44,272 nt of DNA from a virus (IMGVR_UViG_3300049023_000021:1-44272), one strand, 5' to 3'. Shown: positions 26,142-35,586, numbered from the stretch's first letter. Notes: generated by a model from the letters alone, not told the origin. Numbers and translations: made by a program.

Positions 26142-27110
26142 TTAGTTGGTCTTGACGAGCACGCCCGCCAAATCCTTGTGGCTCGTCGCGATCCGGTCCC
26201 AATTGGTCGAAGTGAACAGAGCCGTATCGGTCGGCGCCTTGCCGCCGTTGGTCTTGTCCCAGGCGAACCCCTTGATGCCGACCGAGTACGACCATTCCGC
26301 CTGCATGGTACGCAGAAGGTTTTCGTCGCCGTTCTTCGTTTCAACGTTGCTGTCGTAGTCGCCGTTCTGCGACACGATAGCAGCCCCGGCGGTCAGGCCG
26401 ATGGTGTTGTAAACGTCGGGCGTTGCCACGGTATCGACCAGGGCCGGGCAATCGGTGATGCAGAAGCGACGACCGAACGGGTCAGACACGATATTGACGT
26501 TGCCGTAGTTGAACAACTGTTCGGCATTGGTCAGCGCGTTGTCGAACAGATCGAACATCGGCGTAGAATGCATGAGCCAGCAGCGGATTTCACCGCTCAT
26601 GTCGCCCATCTTCTGCGCACCACGGTTCAACGTGCGCTGCGTCATGGTGTCGGGGGTCAGGGCGGTAGCGTCATAGACAACCGCAGCCTGAGCCGACAAC
26701 GCGGCGACCAGGGAACCAACCGAGACGTTGAGCATGTCAGCGAGCGTGTCGCGGGCAAGCTGTTGCGCGTAGGTCGCGGCGGCAAGTTCGGGGTTCTGTT
26801 GCAGCCAACGGAACTGGCCGGGGTCCATTTCCAGCGGCGGCGTGCCTGCGGCGACCTTGACCATTACGTCAATCAGGTGCTCAAGGGACTTGGCCGCAAC
26901 GGCGCCGGTCGCGTAGGGGTTACGGCGACGGACGAGGCCGGAAACCTTCGCGAAGAAAGCCGTTTCCGAATAGTCGCCCGAAAACGGCTGAGCGGAAAGG
27001 ATCAAGCCGCCGTCGGTGGCCGCGTTGAAGAGTTCGACCTGTTGCGCGAGAACTTCAGTCGTAGTGGAATAAAGCTGTTCACTGAAAACAGCGAGATCGG
27101 AAAGCGCCAT
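26142..27110 (-). CDS. major capsid protein
   Basis: 322 aa after scaffold; EVLAQQVELFNAAT, WLMHS, QAEWSYSVGIKGFAWD, KDLAGV. Confidence 0.92.
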   Translation of the reverse strand: MALSDLAVFSEQLYSTTTEVLAQQVELFNAATDGGLILSAQPFSGDYSETAFFAKVSGLVRRRNPYATGAVAAKSLEHLIDVMVKVAAGTPPLEMDPGQFRWLQQNPELAAATYAQQLARDTLADMLNVSVGSLVAALSAQAAVVYDATALTPDTMTQRTLNRGAQKMGDMSGEIRCWLMHSTPMFDLFDNALTNAEQLFNYGNVNIVSDPFGRRFCITDCPALVDTVATPDVYNTIGLTAGAAIVSQNGDYDSNVETKNGDENLLRTMQAEWSYSVGIKGFAWDKTNGGKAPTDTALFTSTNWDRIATSHKDLAGVLVKTN

Positions 27111-27120
27111 GTTTCACCTG

Positions 27121-27822
27121 TTAAGTGTTGTTGCCCTGTTCGGCTTCCTTCTTCGCGGCCATGTGCGCCGCAAGTTCTGCGGGCGTCATTTTGGCAAAGA
27201 TGGGCCGTTCGTTCTGTTGCGTGTTCGGGAGGATTGGCGAGCCGCTGGCTTGCTTGTTAGGCGGTGACCCGGCGCTGCCGGTTGCCTTTGATGCGATGAC
27301 AATACCCTTATATTCCGGGTTGTCAACAAATTCTTTTTCCAGGTCCGCAATCGTTGCGGCGCTTGGTTTTCCGTCCGCGTCGAGCACCCGAACCTTAGTC
27401 GGGTCTTTCGGATCGATATCCAGGCGTTTCGCGATTTCCTTCTGCATAAGCGCCGGAACGGTGAACTTAGCCGCGATCTTTGCGGCTTCGGCGTTCGCGT
27501 ACCGGTCGCGGCGTTCGCCGGTCAACGTGGTGTTGAGTTCGGCAACGGTGCCTTCCAGCGTCGCAATCTTCTGCTTATAGCTCTTTTCGATGGCTTCGAA
27601 GTCGCCGCCGTTCTTCTTGATTTCCTCAAGTTCGGCCTTCAGCGTCTTAAGCTCAGTCTTGGCCGCTTCCTTCTCCCGCTTCTCAAGATCGCGGGCGTTG
27701 ATAAGCTCTTGCGCGTCGTCGGTGTCGAGCACGTACGAACCGCCGTTAGCCTTGTATTCGGCTTTCAGTACGTCGTTCAGTGCGTTGTATTCGGCTTCAG
27801 TAATCTTGCGTTTCAGGGCCAT
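27121..27822 (-). CDS. capsid scaffolding protein
   Basis: Coiled-coil, VRVLDADGKPSA, SKATGS; directly upstream of the capsid gene. Confidence 0.85.
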   Translation of the reverse strand: MALKRKITEAEYNALNDVLKAEYKANGGSYVLDTDDAQELINARDLEKREKEAAKTELKTLKAELEEIKKNGGDFEAIEKSYKQKIATLEGTVAELNTTLTGERRDRYANAEAAKIAAKFTVPALMQKEIAKRLDIDPKDPTKVRVLDADGKPSAATIADLEKEFVDNPEYKGIVIASKATGSAGSPPNKQASGSPILPNTQQNERPIFAKMTPAELAAHMAAKKEAEQGNNT

Positions 27823-27826
27823 TGCC

Positions 27827-28843
27827 TTAACCTTCCGTGTTGAGTTGCATTAGCGGTACGCGCTTTCCGAACTGTTCCGCTGTCAAACGGCGAGTGTTGC
27901 GAAACGCTTTGAAGTCGTCCGCTTTCGCCGTTCCGTTCTTGATCGCCGCAAATTCCTTCGGTGTCAATGCAGCTTTCAAAAATTCACTAGGTTGCCCGCG
28001 CAACCACTCGTAAAAGGTTCGCCCGGTCTGGTTCGCAAGATCGCCCGCCATGCCCACAATACGCGAGCGGCAATTGTGATGCGCGGGGGGTCGCGGTCCT
28101 TTTCCGTAAGCGTAAATCTTAAGGTGACGGCTGCGGCAAACGGCGGTCGTCACGCTATCCAGGGTCGAAAGCCATTGATACTTGTCGTAAATCAACCGGC
28201 CTATGTGGTAATCAAGGTACGATTGAACGTGCTGCATCATGGTGCGAACGACGGTCTTGTATTGGTTCGCGATCTTGCGCGATAGCCCATCCTTGAACCC
28301 GAGCCGGGGCGTTCCCTTGATCGCGGCAATAAGCTGGTCGGTTGTCCACTTCTCCGCATAGGCTCGCTTAAGAAGCAAGGACACTTGCGCCAACGTCGAG
28401 CGTGTAAAGTCCTTGATAAGCTCTAGCGGTGAATGACCGACGCCGGGGATAAGGTCGCGCGTGATCTGTTGCCAAAGGCGCTTGTTACCACCCGTCGAAC
28501 CGTTGAAGTCCTTCGCGGTGATCTTCCGCCCCGATGTGAACTCGTAGTTCTTTTTCGTAACCGAAAGCGTCGCAGCAAGCACGGTCTGCATTCGGTCAAA
28601 GAAGCTGAGCGTTAGCCGGTCGAACTGCTTAGACAGCAACTTGCGGGTGCTCGCCAATAGCTCCGCAAGTCGCGACTTCGGTACGGTCGCGAACGACGTA
28701 AACCCGAGCTTAAGCATTGCCCCGAGTAGGGCCATGATAACCGCGTCTGTAACCTCTTCGGCGCGGTCGGCTTCGTTGTCCTTGACCGCTTCGAAAAAGA
28801 TTTGTTGACGCAGCATAACGTCAACTTCGGTTGGCGCGCTCAT
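27827..28843 (-). CDS. head morphogenesis protein (SPP1 gp7 / Mu F-like)
   Basis: QWLSTLDSVTTAVCRS, PPAHHNCRS. Confidence 0.88.
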   Translation of the reverse strand: MSAPTEVDVMLRQQIFFEAVKDNEADRAEEVTDAVIMALLGAMLKLGFTSFATVPKSRLAELLASTRKLLSKQFDRLTLSFFDRMQTVLAATLSVTKKNYEFTSGRKITAKDFNGSTGGNKRLWQQITRDLIPGVGHSPLELIKDFTRSTLAQVSLLLKRAYAEKWTTDQLIAAIKGTPRLGFKDGLSRKIANQYKTVVRTMMQHVQSYLDYHIGRLIYDKYQWLSTLDSVTTAVCRSRHLKIYAYGKGPRPPAHHNCRSRIVGMAGDLANQTGRTFYEWLRGQPSEFLKAALTPKEFAAIKNGTAKADDFKAFRNTRRLTAEQFGKRVPLMQLNTEG

Positions 28844-30381
28844 TCGTCAACACTTTCCGTTCCATCCCCGCCGCCCGAGGGGTTGCCGGTGTCATCCGCG
28901 TTGCCGTCGGGGTTGTCGGGATTGTCTTCTGCGTCGGCCTGCGTGCGATCCGCCATAAGTTCGGCGTCGTCCATAATCTCTTTGCGCGCTGCCTTGTCGT
29001 CAAGAACAGCGGTGCCGCCCTTGCGGAGTGCCGTACGCATTTCGGTAAAGCTGATCGCTTCAGCAATCCATGCTTCAATTGCTTCTTTGCGCGCTTCCGG
29101 CGTGCTGAAGCTAATCGAATACTGCTTATTCAGTTCGAACTGAATATTGTCGTCCTTGATGCCGATGAACTGAGCGGCGAAGTAAAGCGCCCATTCAAAC
29201 GCGTTCGACACGTTGTCGGCAACACTAACAAGAGTGCTCTTTTCGCTTGCGGTCTCGGTCGCGGCTTCGGTCGCGGTGCGCTGAACGCTCTTCTGCTCAA
29301 CGAGCTTTGCGCCTAGCGCTACCATCTGCCTTTCCTTGTGTTCCATTTCGGCAAGGTGCGCGCTTTCGGCCTTGACTTCCAGAAGCTTTGCATCACCGCC
29401 GACCGGCAACGGAACAGCCGCACGCGACCCCAGGCCGATACCGGTCTTAAAGAACTTTTCGGCCCACTGTTCGGTAAGCCCCGACACAATCACGGTCGGT
29501 TGGCTCGAAATGAAAAGCGTTTCCTCATGGTCGGCACTGTTGCGGTAATGCGCAATATTCAGGTCGGCCATATCGTAAAGCGGCGGGTAATCAATTTCCG
29601 CGTCGTTGGTTTCCGCGCCGATGAACTTAAACGGAATTTCCTTGAACGGTGCCCCGCTTGCATCGGTCGGCGTGACCACTTCCCCGACGTTGAACCCGGC
29701 GCCATTCGCTGCGGTCTTGCGCGCGATCTGCACGCGATAGATGCCTTCAGGGCTGAGCATGAGAATGCGCCACTGAACGGACTTCTTCACCGCAAAGCCA
29801 TCATCTTCGCTGTCGTACTCTTCTTCAAGCACCACAAGCGAAAGCTTGGACACGGCGCCGACTTTGCGGTATCGCCAATTGATGATTTTGGAAGGGTGGT
29901 AATGCTTGATGACCGGGCGGGTGTTGTCTTCCAGGTCGGCCCGAGTGACGGCGCCGGTCGTTTGTGGGAAGTCAACGAACAAGCCCGCGCGACCATGCCC
30001 GAGGGTCAGGCCGGTAACTTTCTTGGCAAGCTGGACAATGCCCACACCTTCCCCGTTCGTGTCTTCGATCAGCGGAACCATCGACGGCGGAACAATGATA
30101 ACCGGGTCTTTGTCGAAGATTTCCCCGAGGAAGCCGGAAAGGGTGCGGCGCGTCACTGCATAGAAGACGGCGCGCGTAACGTAAGCAGAGTACCGGTTGC
30201 CGTTGTCGTCAGTGCCCGGCGGTGACGGATCGGGAAGATAAACGGTCTTCCGCTTCTTCACCATTTCCGCGCCCGCAATAACGTCGTCAACCTTCTTGTA
30301 GAGCGGCAACACGGCCTGAAGTTCTGGACGAACGTAAGCCACATTCGGCGCGGCGGGTGTCAATCGTGTAGTGCGTGCCAT
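28840..30381 (-). CDS. portal protein (DUF4055-like)
   Basis: Follows TerL; YVTRAVFY, IPFKFIG, NIAHYRNSAD, MVALGAKL. Confidence 0.9.
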   Translation of the reverse strand: MARTTRLTPAAPNVAYVRPELQAVLPLYKKVDDVIAGAEMVKKRKTVYLPDPSPPGTDDNGNRYSAYVTRAVFYAVTRRTLSGFLGEIFDKDPVIIVPPSMVPLIEDTNGEGVGIVQLAKKVTGLTLGHGRAGLFVDFPQTTGAVTRADLEDNTRPVIKHYHPSKIINWRYRKVGAVSKLSLVVLEEEYDSEDDGFAVKKSVQWRILMLSPEGIYRVQIARKTAANGAGFNVGEVVTPTDASGAPFKEIPFKFIGAETNDAEIDYPPLYDMADLNIAHYRNSADHEETLFISSQPTVIVSGLTEQWAEKFFKTGIGLGSRAAVPLPVGGDAKLLEVKAESAHLAEMEHKERQMVALGAKLVEQKSVQRTATEAATETASEKSTLVSVADNVSNAFEWALYFAAQFIGIKDDNIQFELNKQYSISFSTPEARKEAIEAWIAEAISFTEMRTALRKGGTAVLDDKAARKEIMDDAELMADRTQADAEDNPDNPDGNADDTGNPSGGGDGTESVDE

Positions 30382-30391
30382 GTGGCGCCCC

Positions 30392-32035
30392 TTAAGTTGG
30401 AAACCTGAGTTTGATAATCTTCGCGGTGCGGTCGCTCGTCATGAGCACCATATAACGCGTCTCGTCGTAAATGTGGTCTTCGCTCGTTGTATCAACGTCG
30501 TCGGGGTCTTTCTCGTCGCGCGGTAGGTCAGGCACGATTGAGATAAACGCCCGGCAATTTTCCATGCAGGCGATCCCGCCGCCCTCTTGCCTTATAGTCG
30601 CTTCAAGCCGGTCCCGCAATAGCTGCAACCCCTGCTTACGGCTTCCCTTGCTCTTATCCGATGCGATCCAGGTAACGCCCCTATCCGCCATCTTCTTTTC
30701 GATGGTTTCGGTCTCGGTCTCGTTTACGTTCCTGATTTGGTTGTCAGCCGGTCCAGGGTCAGGACGACGCGCGATCCAACCCCCGGCAATCAACAGGGTC
30801 TCGCGCTCTTTGATGCCGTCGGCAATGTCGCGAGCCGATAGCTTCAGGCCGACGTTCGTTCCGATTTCCTTTGTGCCGTACCATTCGAAGAACCGAACAA
30901 GCGTGCCCGGCGGTAACGTGAGTTCACGCGGTTGCCGGTGTTGATCGGTCCACGTAACCGTTTCACCGTTTGAGATAGCCCACCAACCGACCGAGAACGG
31001 GTGCGAGGAACCCCAATCGAATGCGCGGAACGTTTCCCAATTGTCGGGGATCGGGAACCGTGGGAGAACGTGGTGTTGCTTGCGCCAAACGTCGGCAATA
31101 GCACCGCCCGCGTTGATATCCCATGAACCGTCTTTCCATGCCTTCTTTTCGTTCTCGTCGGTAAGCTCGTGAAGCGTCGCGATGTACAACGGGTCAAGGT
31201 AAGGGTTTTCGGACCAGTGCCCGCCGATGGCGACTTGCTTGCGCGTAACCTCAACGTCTTGTTTCGTCTTCGGGTCAAACACCGTCATAGTCGTACGAAT
31301 AATCGTGCCGTCGGGAACGGGGTCAATGAACCGGCGCTTAACCCACGAGTGCCCCGGCCCGTGCGGGTTGCACGTTGCGAAGACTTCTAGCGGGATCGGG
31401 GGCAAGGGCTTGCCGTCGGTCGTAGCGTACGGGCGTTCGTCCTCTTCCTCTTCCATAGGTGGCCCGCCGTTGTGACCTATCGCCCCTAGTCGGGGGGTGT
31501 CACGTTCGGGCGTGAACGAACTACGGTTCGTTGAGTTCATCTTATCGAACAGCCGCCCGTCGGCGTACTTGGTCAATTCGTTCCAACCGATAAACGGATA
31601 TTCGTGACCGTGGTAAGACCAGTAATCGTCCAGCTTCGACACGACACGAAACAAAAGTTCTTCGCCGGTCGGCCACTTCCACTTATAATCCTTACCGCTT
31701 TCGAGGAACCGCGCGCCGTCGTTGAACTCTGGAAACCAACGTTTAGACTTGGTAACAAGGTCGTCCAGGTGCTTATATTCGCGGTCAAAGATAATGCCGC
31801 GCCAAAACGGCCCGTAGCCCAGGCCAACGCGCGAGCGAAACCGCATAAGCTGCGTATCAGTCTTACCCGGCCCGCGTGCGCCGTGATACAGTATTACATG
31901 CGCGGGGGCACTAAGCGCGAGTTCTTGGCTCGTGCCGCGAAGGAACCGCCAACCGTATTCGATTTTCGGGGCGTTAGCCGTGGCGAGATTGAAGGGTAAT
32001 TGCATGTTGCTTTGCCCGCTGTTCCCATTCTTCAT
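30392..32035 (-). CDS. terL: terminase large subunit (start uncertain: 32035 or 32005)
   Basis: GARGPGKT Walker A, FIGWNEL, TCNPHGPGHSWVK, AFDWG, EDHIYDETRY. Confidence 0.93.
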   Translation of the reverse strand: MKNGNSGQSNMQLPFNLATANAPKIEYGWRFLRGTSQELALSAPAHVILYHGARGPGKTDTQLMRFRSRVGLGYGPFWRGIIFDREYKHLDDLVTKSKRWFPEFNDGARFLESGKDYKWKWPTGEELLFRVVSKLDDYWSYHGHEYPFIGWNELTKYADGRLFDKMNSTNRSSFTPERDTPRLGAIGHNGGPPMEEEEDERPYATTDGKPLPPIPLEVFATCNPHGPGHSWVKRRFIDPVPDGTIIRTTMTVFDPKTKQDVEVTRKQVAIGGHWSENPYLDPLYIATLHELTDENEKKAWKDGSWDINAGGAIADVWRKQHHVLPRFPIPDNWETFRAFDWGSSHPFSVGWWAISNGETVTWTDQHRQPRELTLPPGTLVRFFEWYGTKEIGTNVGLKLSARDIADGIKERETLLIAGGWIARRPDPGPADNQIRNVNETETETIEKKMADRGVTWIASDKSKGSRKQGLQLLRDRLEATIRQEGGGIACMENCRAFISIVPDLPRDEKDPDDVDTTSEDHIYDETRYMVLMTSDRTAKIIKLRFPT

Positions 32036-32441
32036 CTGAAGCCGCTACCGGCACGGGCATGATGCGAACACCAACCATGTTATTGATATTGATTTTCGGG
32101 TTGGTGCCGTCGGTGTCTTCAGTGTAGCCCATAAGCTGAGCGAAGAACTTGAGGTACTGAAGTTTCTGCGCGTCGTCCTTGCACTCGCGCTTATAGATTT
32201 CAAGCGCTAGCTCTTCCTTGGTCGGTACGCGAGCGACCGGGCCGAAGTGTGCAACTAGCTTCTCTTTCTCCGCAATCACGAACGGGTCATTAATCCAGTT
32301 CTGCGAAATATAGTACTGTTTGCCGGGGTTTTCCGGGTCAACCTCCCGAGCCGCCGCAAACGGATTGTCAGGCATACGAAGCCACGCAGCCGCGAACAGC
32401 TTCTTAAATGCGGTCTCGATTTCGGGCGTTTCGTACAACAT
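31974..32441 (-). CDS. terS: terminase small subunit
   Basis: Directly upstream of and overlapping terL; helical ~155 aa protein. Confidence 0.72.
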   Translation of the reverse strand: MLYETPEIETAFKKLFAAAWLRMPDNPFAAAREVDPENPGKQYYISQNWINDPFVIAEKEKLVAHFGPVARVPTKEELALEIYKRECKDDAQKLQYLKFFAQLMGYTEDTDGTNPKININNMVGVRIMPVPVAASDEEWEQRAKQHAITLQSRHG

Positions 32442-32447
32442 GCCCAC

Positions 32448-32476
32448 AATCTAGCGAACGGGCGCGGGCGTGGCAA
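32448..32476 (-). promoter_or_regulatory. sigma70-like promoter for the packaging/structural operon
   Basis: TTGCCA (32476-32471), 17-nt spacer, TAGATT (32453-32448). Confidence 0.6.
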
Positions 32477-32738
32477 GTGTCTGCGTCTCGTTATTCCATG
32501 CACGAATTGCGTCAAGCTGAACGACGCACGCCCGCAAGGAAGCTTCAGCCACATTTCCCCGAGTGACCAGATCGCCCGTTGTGTCGAGTGGTCCGGTGTA
32601 TCGACCGGGCGGGGTCTTCAGGTATTCAGCCGGAACCGGGGTGCGGATCACGACCGGCGCGGGGATTGGTGCCCGATCAGCGACCGAGCACGCGCTTAAG
32701 CTCAACAGGAAGAGGGGTAGCCAGGAAGCCTTTAACAT
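32451..32738 (-). CDS. o-spanin (Rz1-like lipoprotein)
   Basis: MLKASWLPLFLLSLSAC lipobox, Pro-rich; overlaps the i-spanin 3' end in another frame. Confidence 0.85.
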   Translation of the reverse strand: MLKASWLPLFLLSLSACSVADRAPIPAPVVIRTPVPAEYLKTPPGRYTGPLDTTGDLVTRGNVAEASLRACVVQLDAIRAWNNETQTLATPAPVR

Positions 32739-33045
32739 CGGGGTTCGTCCGTTCCAGTTCGGTAAGCTTGTTCGCGGTCGTCTCTGCGTCGGTGCGGATC
32801 GCTGACAGTTGCGAGTTAAGCAGGGCAACAAAGCGTTCGTCAATGGCGCGTTGCTGCGATAGACGGTCGATGCTTTCGGCAAAGAGCTTGTTCGTTGCAA
32901 GGGCGCTATCAATCTGAAGCTGAAGGGTTGCCCGCTCCGCTTCCGCCGCGTCGAGCTTGGCCCGCTGCACGAAGACAAGGCCGACCCCGGCCACGATGAA
33001 CAAGGCCAGGGCGCCGACCCCGGCAAGGCGAAGATAGCTCACCAT
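32677..33045 (-). CDS. i-spanin (Rz-like)
   Basis: N-terminal TM helix followed by coiled coil, in the lysis cassette. Confidence 0.85.
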   Translation of the reverse strand: MVSYLRLAGVGALALFIVAGVGLVFVQRAKLDAAEAERATLQLQIDSALATNKLFAESIDRLSQQRAIDERFVALLNSQLSAIRTDAETTANKLTELERTNPDVKGFLATPLPVELKRVLGR

Positions 33046-33278
33046 GGGTTCTTCGGTCCCTTCCGCCTACCGTGGGCCATCCGATACGCGTTGCGGCGAA
33101 CCGTGGCGACTTCGGCGGCGTGGTCTGCGTGCTGAGTTAGGCGCGCGGTTATCGCGTCTTCTAGCTGCGTCGCCGCTTTCTGGTTCGCAGCACATGCCCG
33201 CGTCACGTTGTCGAGTAGGCATTGTTTCAAGTCGCGATTGCGCCCGAACACTGTAGCGAAGAAACCGAGCTTACGCAT
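33039..33278 (-). CDS. hypothetical protein in lysis cassette
   Basis: 79 aa, GGA RBS, between putative holin and spanin. Confidence 0.6.
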   Translation of the reverse strand: MRKLGFFATVFGRNRDLKQCLLDNVTRACAANQKAATQLEDAITARLTQHADHAAEVATVRRNAYRMAHGRRKGPKNPW

Positions 33279-33281
33279 GGC

Positions 33282-33509
33282 TTACACGTCCTTTCCTCGT
33301 AACAGAAGATCGCTAAGACGAGTGAGCGCGGCGGTGTTCTGCTCTAGCGCTTGAACGCTCTTAACCGATACTTCGTTGAGTGACTTATGCAGTTCTTTGT
33401 TATCCATCCAAAGCGAACGAACAACGATAGCGAGTACGATAATGATTACGCCGGGCAACCCCAGCGCAAGCACGGTGTCAATGACCTTAAGCGTTGCATC
33501 CGCGCCCAT
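33282..33509 (-). CDS. putative holin
   Basis: Single hydrophobic segment (LGLPGVIIIVLAIVV) next to the endolysin. Confidence 0.6.
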   Translation of the reverse strand: MGADATLKVIDTVLALGLPGVIIIVLAIVVRSLWMDNKELHKSLNEVSVKSVQALEQNTAALTRLSDLLLRGKDV

Positions 33510-33518
33510 TCGTAACGG

Positions 33519-33977
33519 TCACTTCTTGCTTGCGTATTCGCGCCACGGGTGCAACTCAAAATGCGGGCTATCCCAGCTATCCTTTGTCGTCTTGTCACCG
33601 TCGCGGTTGAAGTCGCCGCCCCAACGCAGTTTGACCTTGCGTTTTGCCGCTGCGGCAAACATCGCGTCGGCTATCTGTTTCCAGGCTGCGAACATAGCCT
33701 TGTCCTCCCACCCGGTGAACGGATAGGGGATAACGTCGATAGCACACGAACGCGGTTTACCCGTTGCCGGGTCAAGCTGATTGTGGGCACTGTTCGGGTA
33801 AGCTACTTTCGTAGTCTTTGCCCGCAAGGCTGCATCCTGCCCGGCCTTGTCGCGATGACCGCAAATAACGGTGAAGTCGCTCGCGCTGTTCTGAAGCGCT
33901 TCGGTTGCTATCTCGACTAGCAACGGGTGAACCCCGGCAAGGTTCCCCGAGGATCGTTCACCGAATGTGCGTGCCAT
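33519..33977 (-). CDS. endolysin, M15 family peptidase
   Basis: LAGVHPLL, DFTVICGHR, SAHN, AIDV, WGGDF, DSPHFEL zinc-peptidase motifs. Confidence 0.9.
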   Translation of the reverse strand: MARTFGERSSGNLAGVHPLLVEIATEALQNSASDFTVICGHRDKAGQDAALRAKTTKVAYPNSAHNQLDPATGKPRSCAIDVIPYPFTGWEDKAMFAAWKQIADAMFAAAAKRKVKLRWGGDFNRDGDKTTKDSWDSPHFELHPWREYASKK

Positions 33978-34024
33978 GGTCTAGCCCCTAGGTTGATTTC
34001 GGCCACCTTACCCCTAAGCCGGGC

Positions 34025-34070
34025 AAAAAGAAACCCCCCGAAAACCTGCGACGAGCGGCTTTCGAGGGGT
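34025..34070 (-). terminator. intrinsic terminator
   Basis: ACCCCTCGAAAGCC...GGTTTTCGGGGGGT followed by TTCTTTTT. Confidence 0.8.
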
Positions 34071-34127
34071 CCAGGGCTGAAGCTAGAAGGTCTTCAGCCT
34101 GAAGGCGGGGTGATGACCCCCCGCCGA

Positions 34128-34766
34128 TTACTTGGTGCGGGCGACCCACACGCCGGGGGCGCCGTTCGGGGTCTGGTCGGCGGTGCCGTCGAACACTTCG
34201 AACTTGCGGGTGTAATCGTATTCGGCGCGGGTCTTGCCGTTCACGACCTTTTCACCGATCTTGTTCGCATAGCGACGGTTCGCAGCGCTTGCGGCGCTCG
34301 TCAGGGTCTTGTTCGGTTCCGGTACTTCGTCGGTCTTCGCGACGAAGAACGCATCGCACGTACCATCGGCGGCGGGCGGGTTGAGGTTGCCGAACGGATA
34401 CTTCTCCGCAACGACGCGCGTTCCCTTTTCCTTGACCGGCGGCTTGAATGCGGCGCGGGCGAAACCGGACTGCGTGGCCGTCATGGTGGCCGAAGGTGCG
34501 GCGGTCTGCGTCTGAACGACCGGGGCGGAAGTCTGCGCGACCTGTTCAGTCGTCGGCGCGGAAGCCTGACCGGCGTTCATGTTGTTGACGTAGGCAACGC
34601 CCGCGTCGGTCGCACGAGTAGCCAGGGCGCCCGACTGGTCAACAATGCCGGGGTTCTGCTCGACAAGCTGATGCTGCACGAGTTCGGCAACGTCGGCGGT
34701 CTGGCAATGCATGAAACCGCCCGCAAGAGTGGCGGCGACGATCTGAGAAAGAAGCTGAACGTTCAT
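34128..34766 (-). CDS. hypothetical protein, possibly abundant DNA-binding protein
   Basis: 212 aa with own promoter, AAGGAA RBS and terminator; C-terminal KYPF...AFFV...SAANRRY...GVWVAR domain. Confidence 0.75.
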   Translation of the reverse strand: MNVQLLSQIVAATLAGGFMHCQTADVAELVQHQLVEQNPGIVDQSGALATRATDAGVAYVNNMNAGQASAPTTEQVAQTSAPVVQTQTAAPSATMTATQSGFARAAFKPPVKEKGTRVVAEKYPFGNLNPPAADGTCDAFFVAKTDEVPEPNKTLTSAASAANRRYANKIGEKVVNGKTRAEYDYTRKFEVFDGTADQTPNGAPGVWVARTK

Positions 34767-34812
34767 CGTGTGTTTTCCTTTGGTTGGTCTAGCTATCGTT
34801 AGCTATTAGTGA

Positions 34813-34840
34813 GTTATAGAGCGTAACGCGATTACGTCAA
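34813..34840 (-). promoter_or_regulatory. sigma70-like promoter
   Basis: TTGACG (34840-34835), 16-nt spacer, TATAAC (34818-34813). Confidence 0.6.
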
Positions 34841-35187
34841 GCCGGTTTCTTGCCGATATACGTTCTTTTCGTGGTATCGGCTGCGGCTTGGTTAACCGCG
34901 TCGGTCAGCCCCGACTTAATAGCCGCGTCAATCGTCGCCTGAATATCGACATGCATAAGTTCGGTCTGAGCTTCGACCGCGCACGCGATGCGGTTCAGGT
35001 TGTTGTTGATTTCGAAGGCCAGGGCTAGCATGGTATTGCAAAGCTCAGTGCCCACAATCAACGAGCGGTCTTGCGACGCCTTGTCGAACTTGCTCATATT
35101 TCCGAATAGCGCGCTGACAGCCGACTGCGACCGGCGTAAGAGTAAATCGGGGTTGAAGGGTTCGGGGGCGGGGTCGGGGTGCTGCAT
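34837..35187 (-). CDS. hypothetical protein
   Basis: 116 aa, GAGGAAGAGAG RBS. Confidence 0.7.
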   Translation of the reverse strand: MQHPDPAPEPFNPDLLLRRSQSAVSALFGNMSKFDKASQDRSLIVGTELCNTMLALAFEINNNLNRIACAVEAQTELMHVDIQATIDAAIKSGLTDAVNQAAADTTKRTYIGKKPA

Positions 35188-35348
35188 GGTCTCTCTTCCT
35201 CTTTGGGGGTTGCACGGGCCGAAATGTTGTGCCGGTTGAGAACGGCGTTGACGTATTCGCGGCGCTTGCCAACTATCCCGGCAATCTTGGCCGCAGTCAA
35301 TTCCGGTCTCAATCTCTTCAATTCCAGAATTTGCGCCGTCGCGTTCAT
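35094..35348 (-). CDS. small HTH-like protein
   Basis: LTAAKIAGIVGKRREYVNAVL; C-terminal tail overlaps the next gene. Confidence 0.6.
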   Translation of the reverse strand: MNATAQILELKRLRPELTAAKIAGIVGKRREYVNAVLNRHNISARATPKEEERPCSTPTPPPNPSTPIYSYAGRSRLSARYSEI

Positions 35349-35352
35349 TGGC

Positions 35353-35586
35353 TTACTCGTTGGCTATCTGTTGCGCGTGGTGCAACATGCCGGTGCTAAC
35401 GTAAGTGTTAGGCGCCGCGATGTTAACACGGGTCAAAACGCTACCGTCTTCAAGGGGCTTGCCCATGACTACAACAGCGTAATCGAAGTCATCGACCGAC
35501 GCGAGGGCCATCATAAGCACTTCGCGCGGGCTGATCTTGTTAGCCGGTATCGTGGCTTTATGCGCTAGGTTGAATTTATCGTTCAT
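35353..35586 (-). CDS. hypothetical protein
   Basis: AAAGGA RBS before ATG 35586 (MNDKFNL...). Confidence 0.7.
   Translation of the reverse strand: MNDKFNLAHKATIPANKISPREVLMMALASVDDFDYAVVVMGKPLEDGSVLTRVNIAAPNTYVSTGMLHHAQQIANE

Noticed and set aside
26055-27260. 401-aa antisense ORF (similarly 29338-30225 and 33927-34802)
   Set aside because: Antisense shadows of capsid, portal and the 212-aa gene, expected from codon bias.
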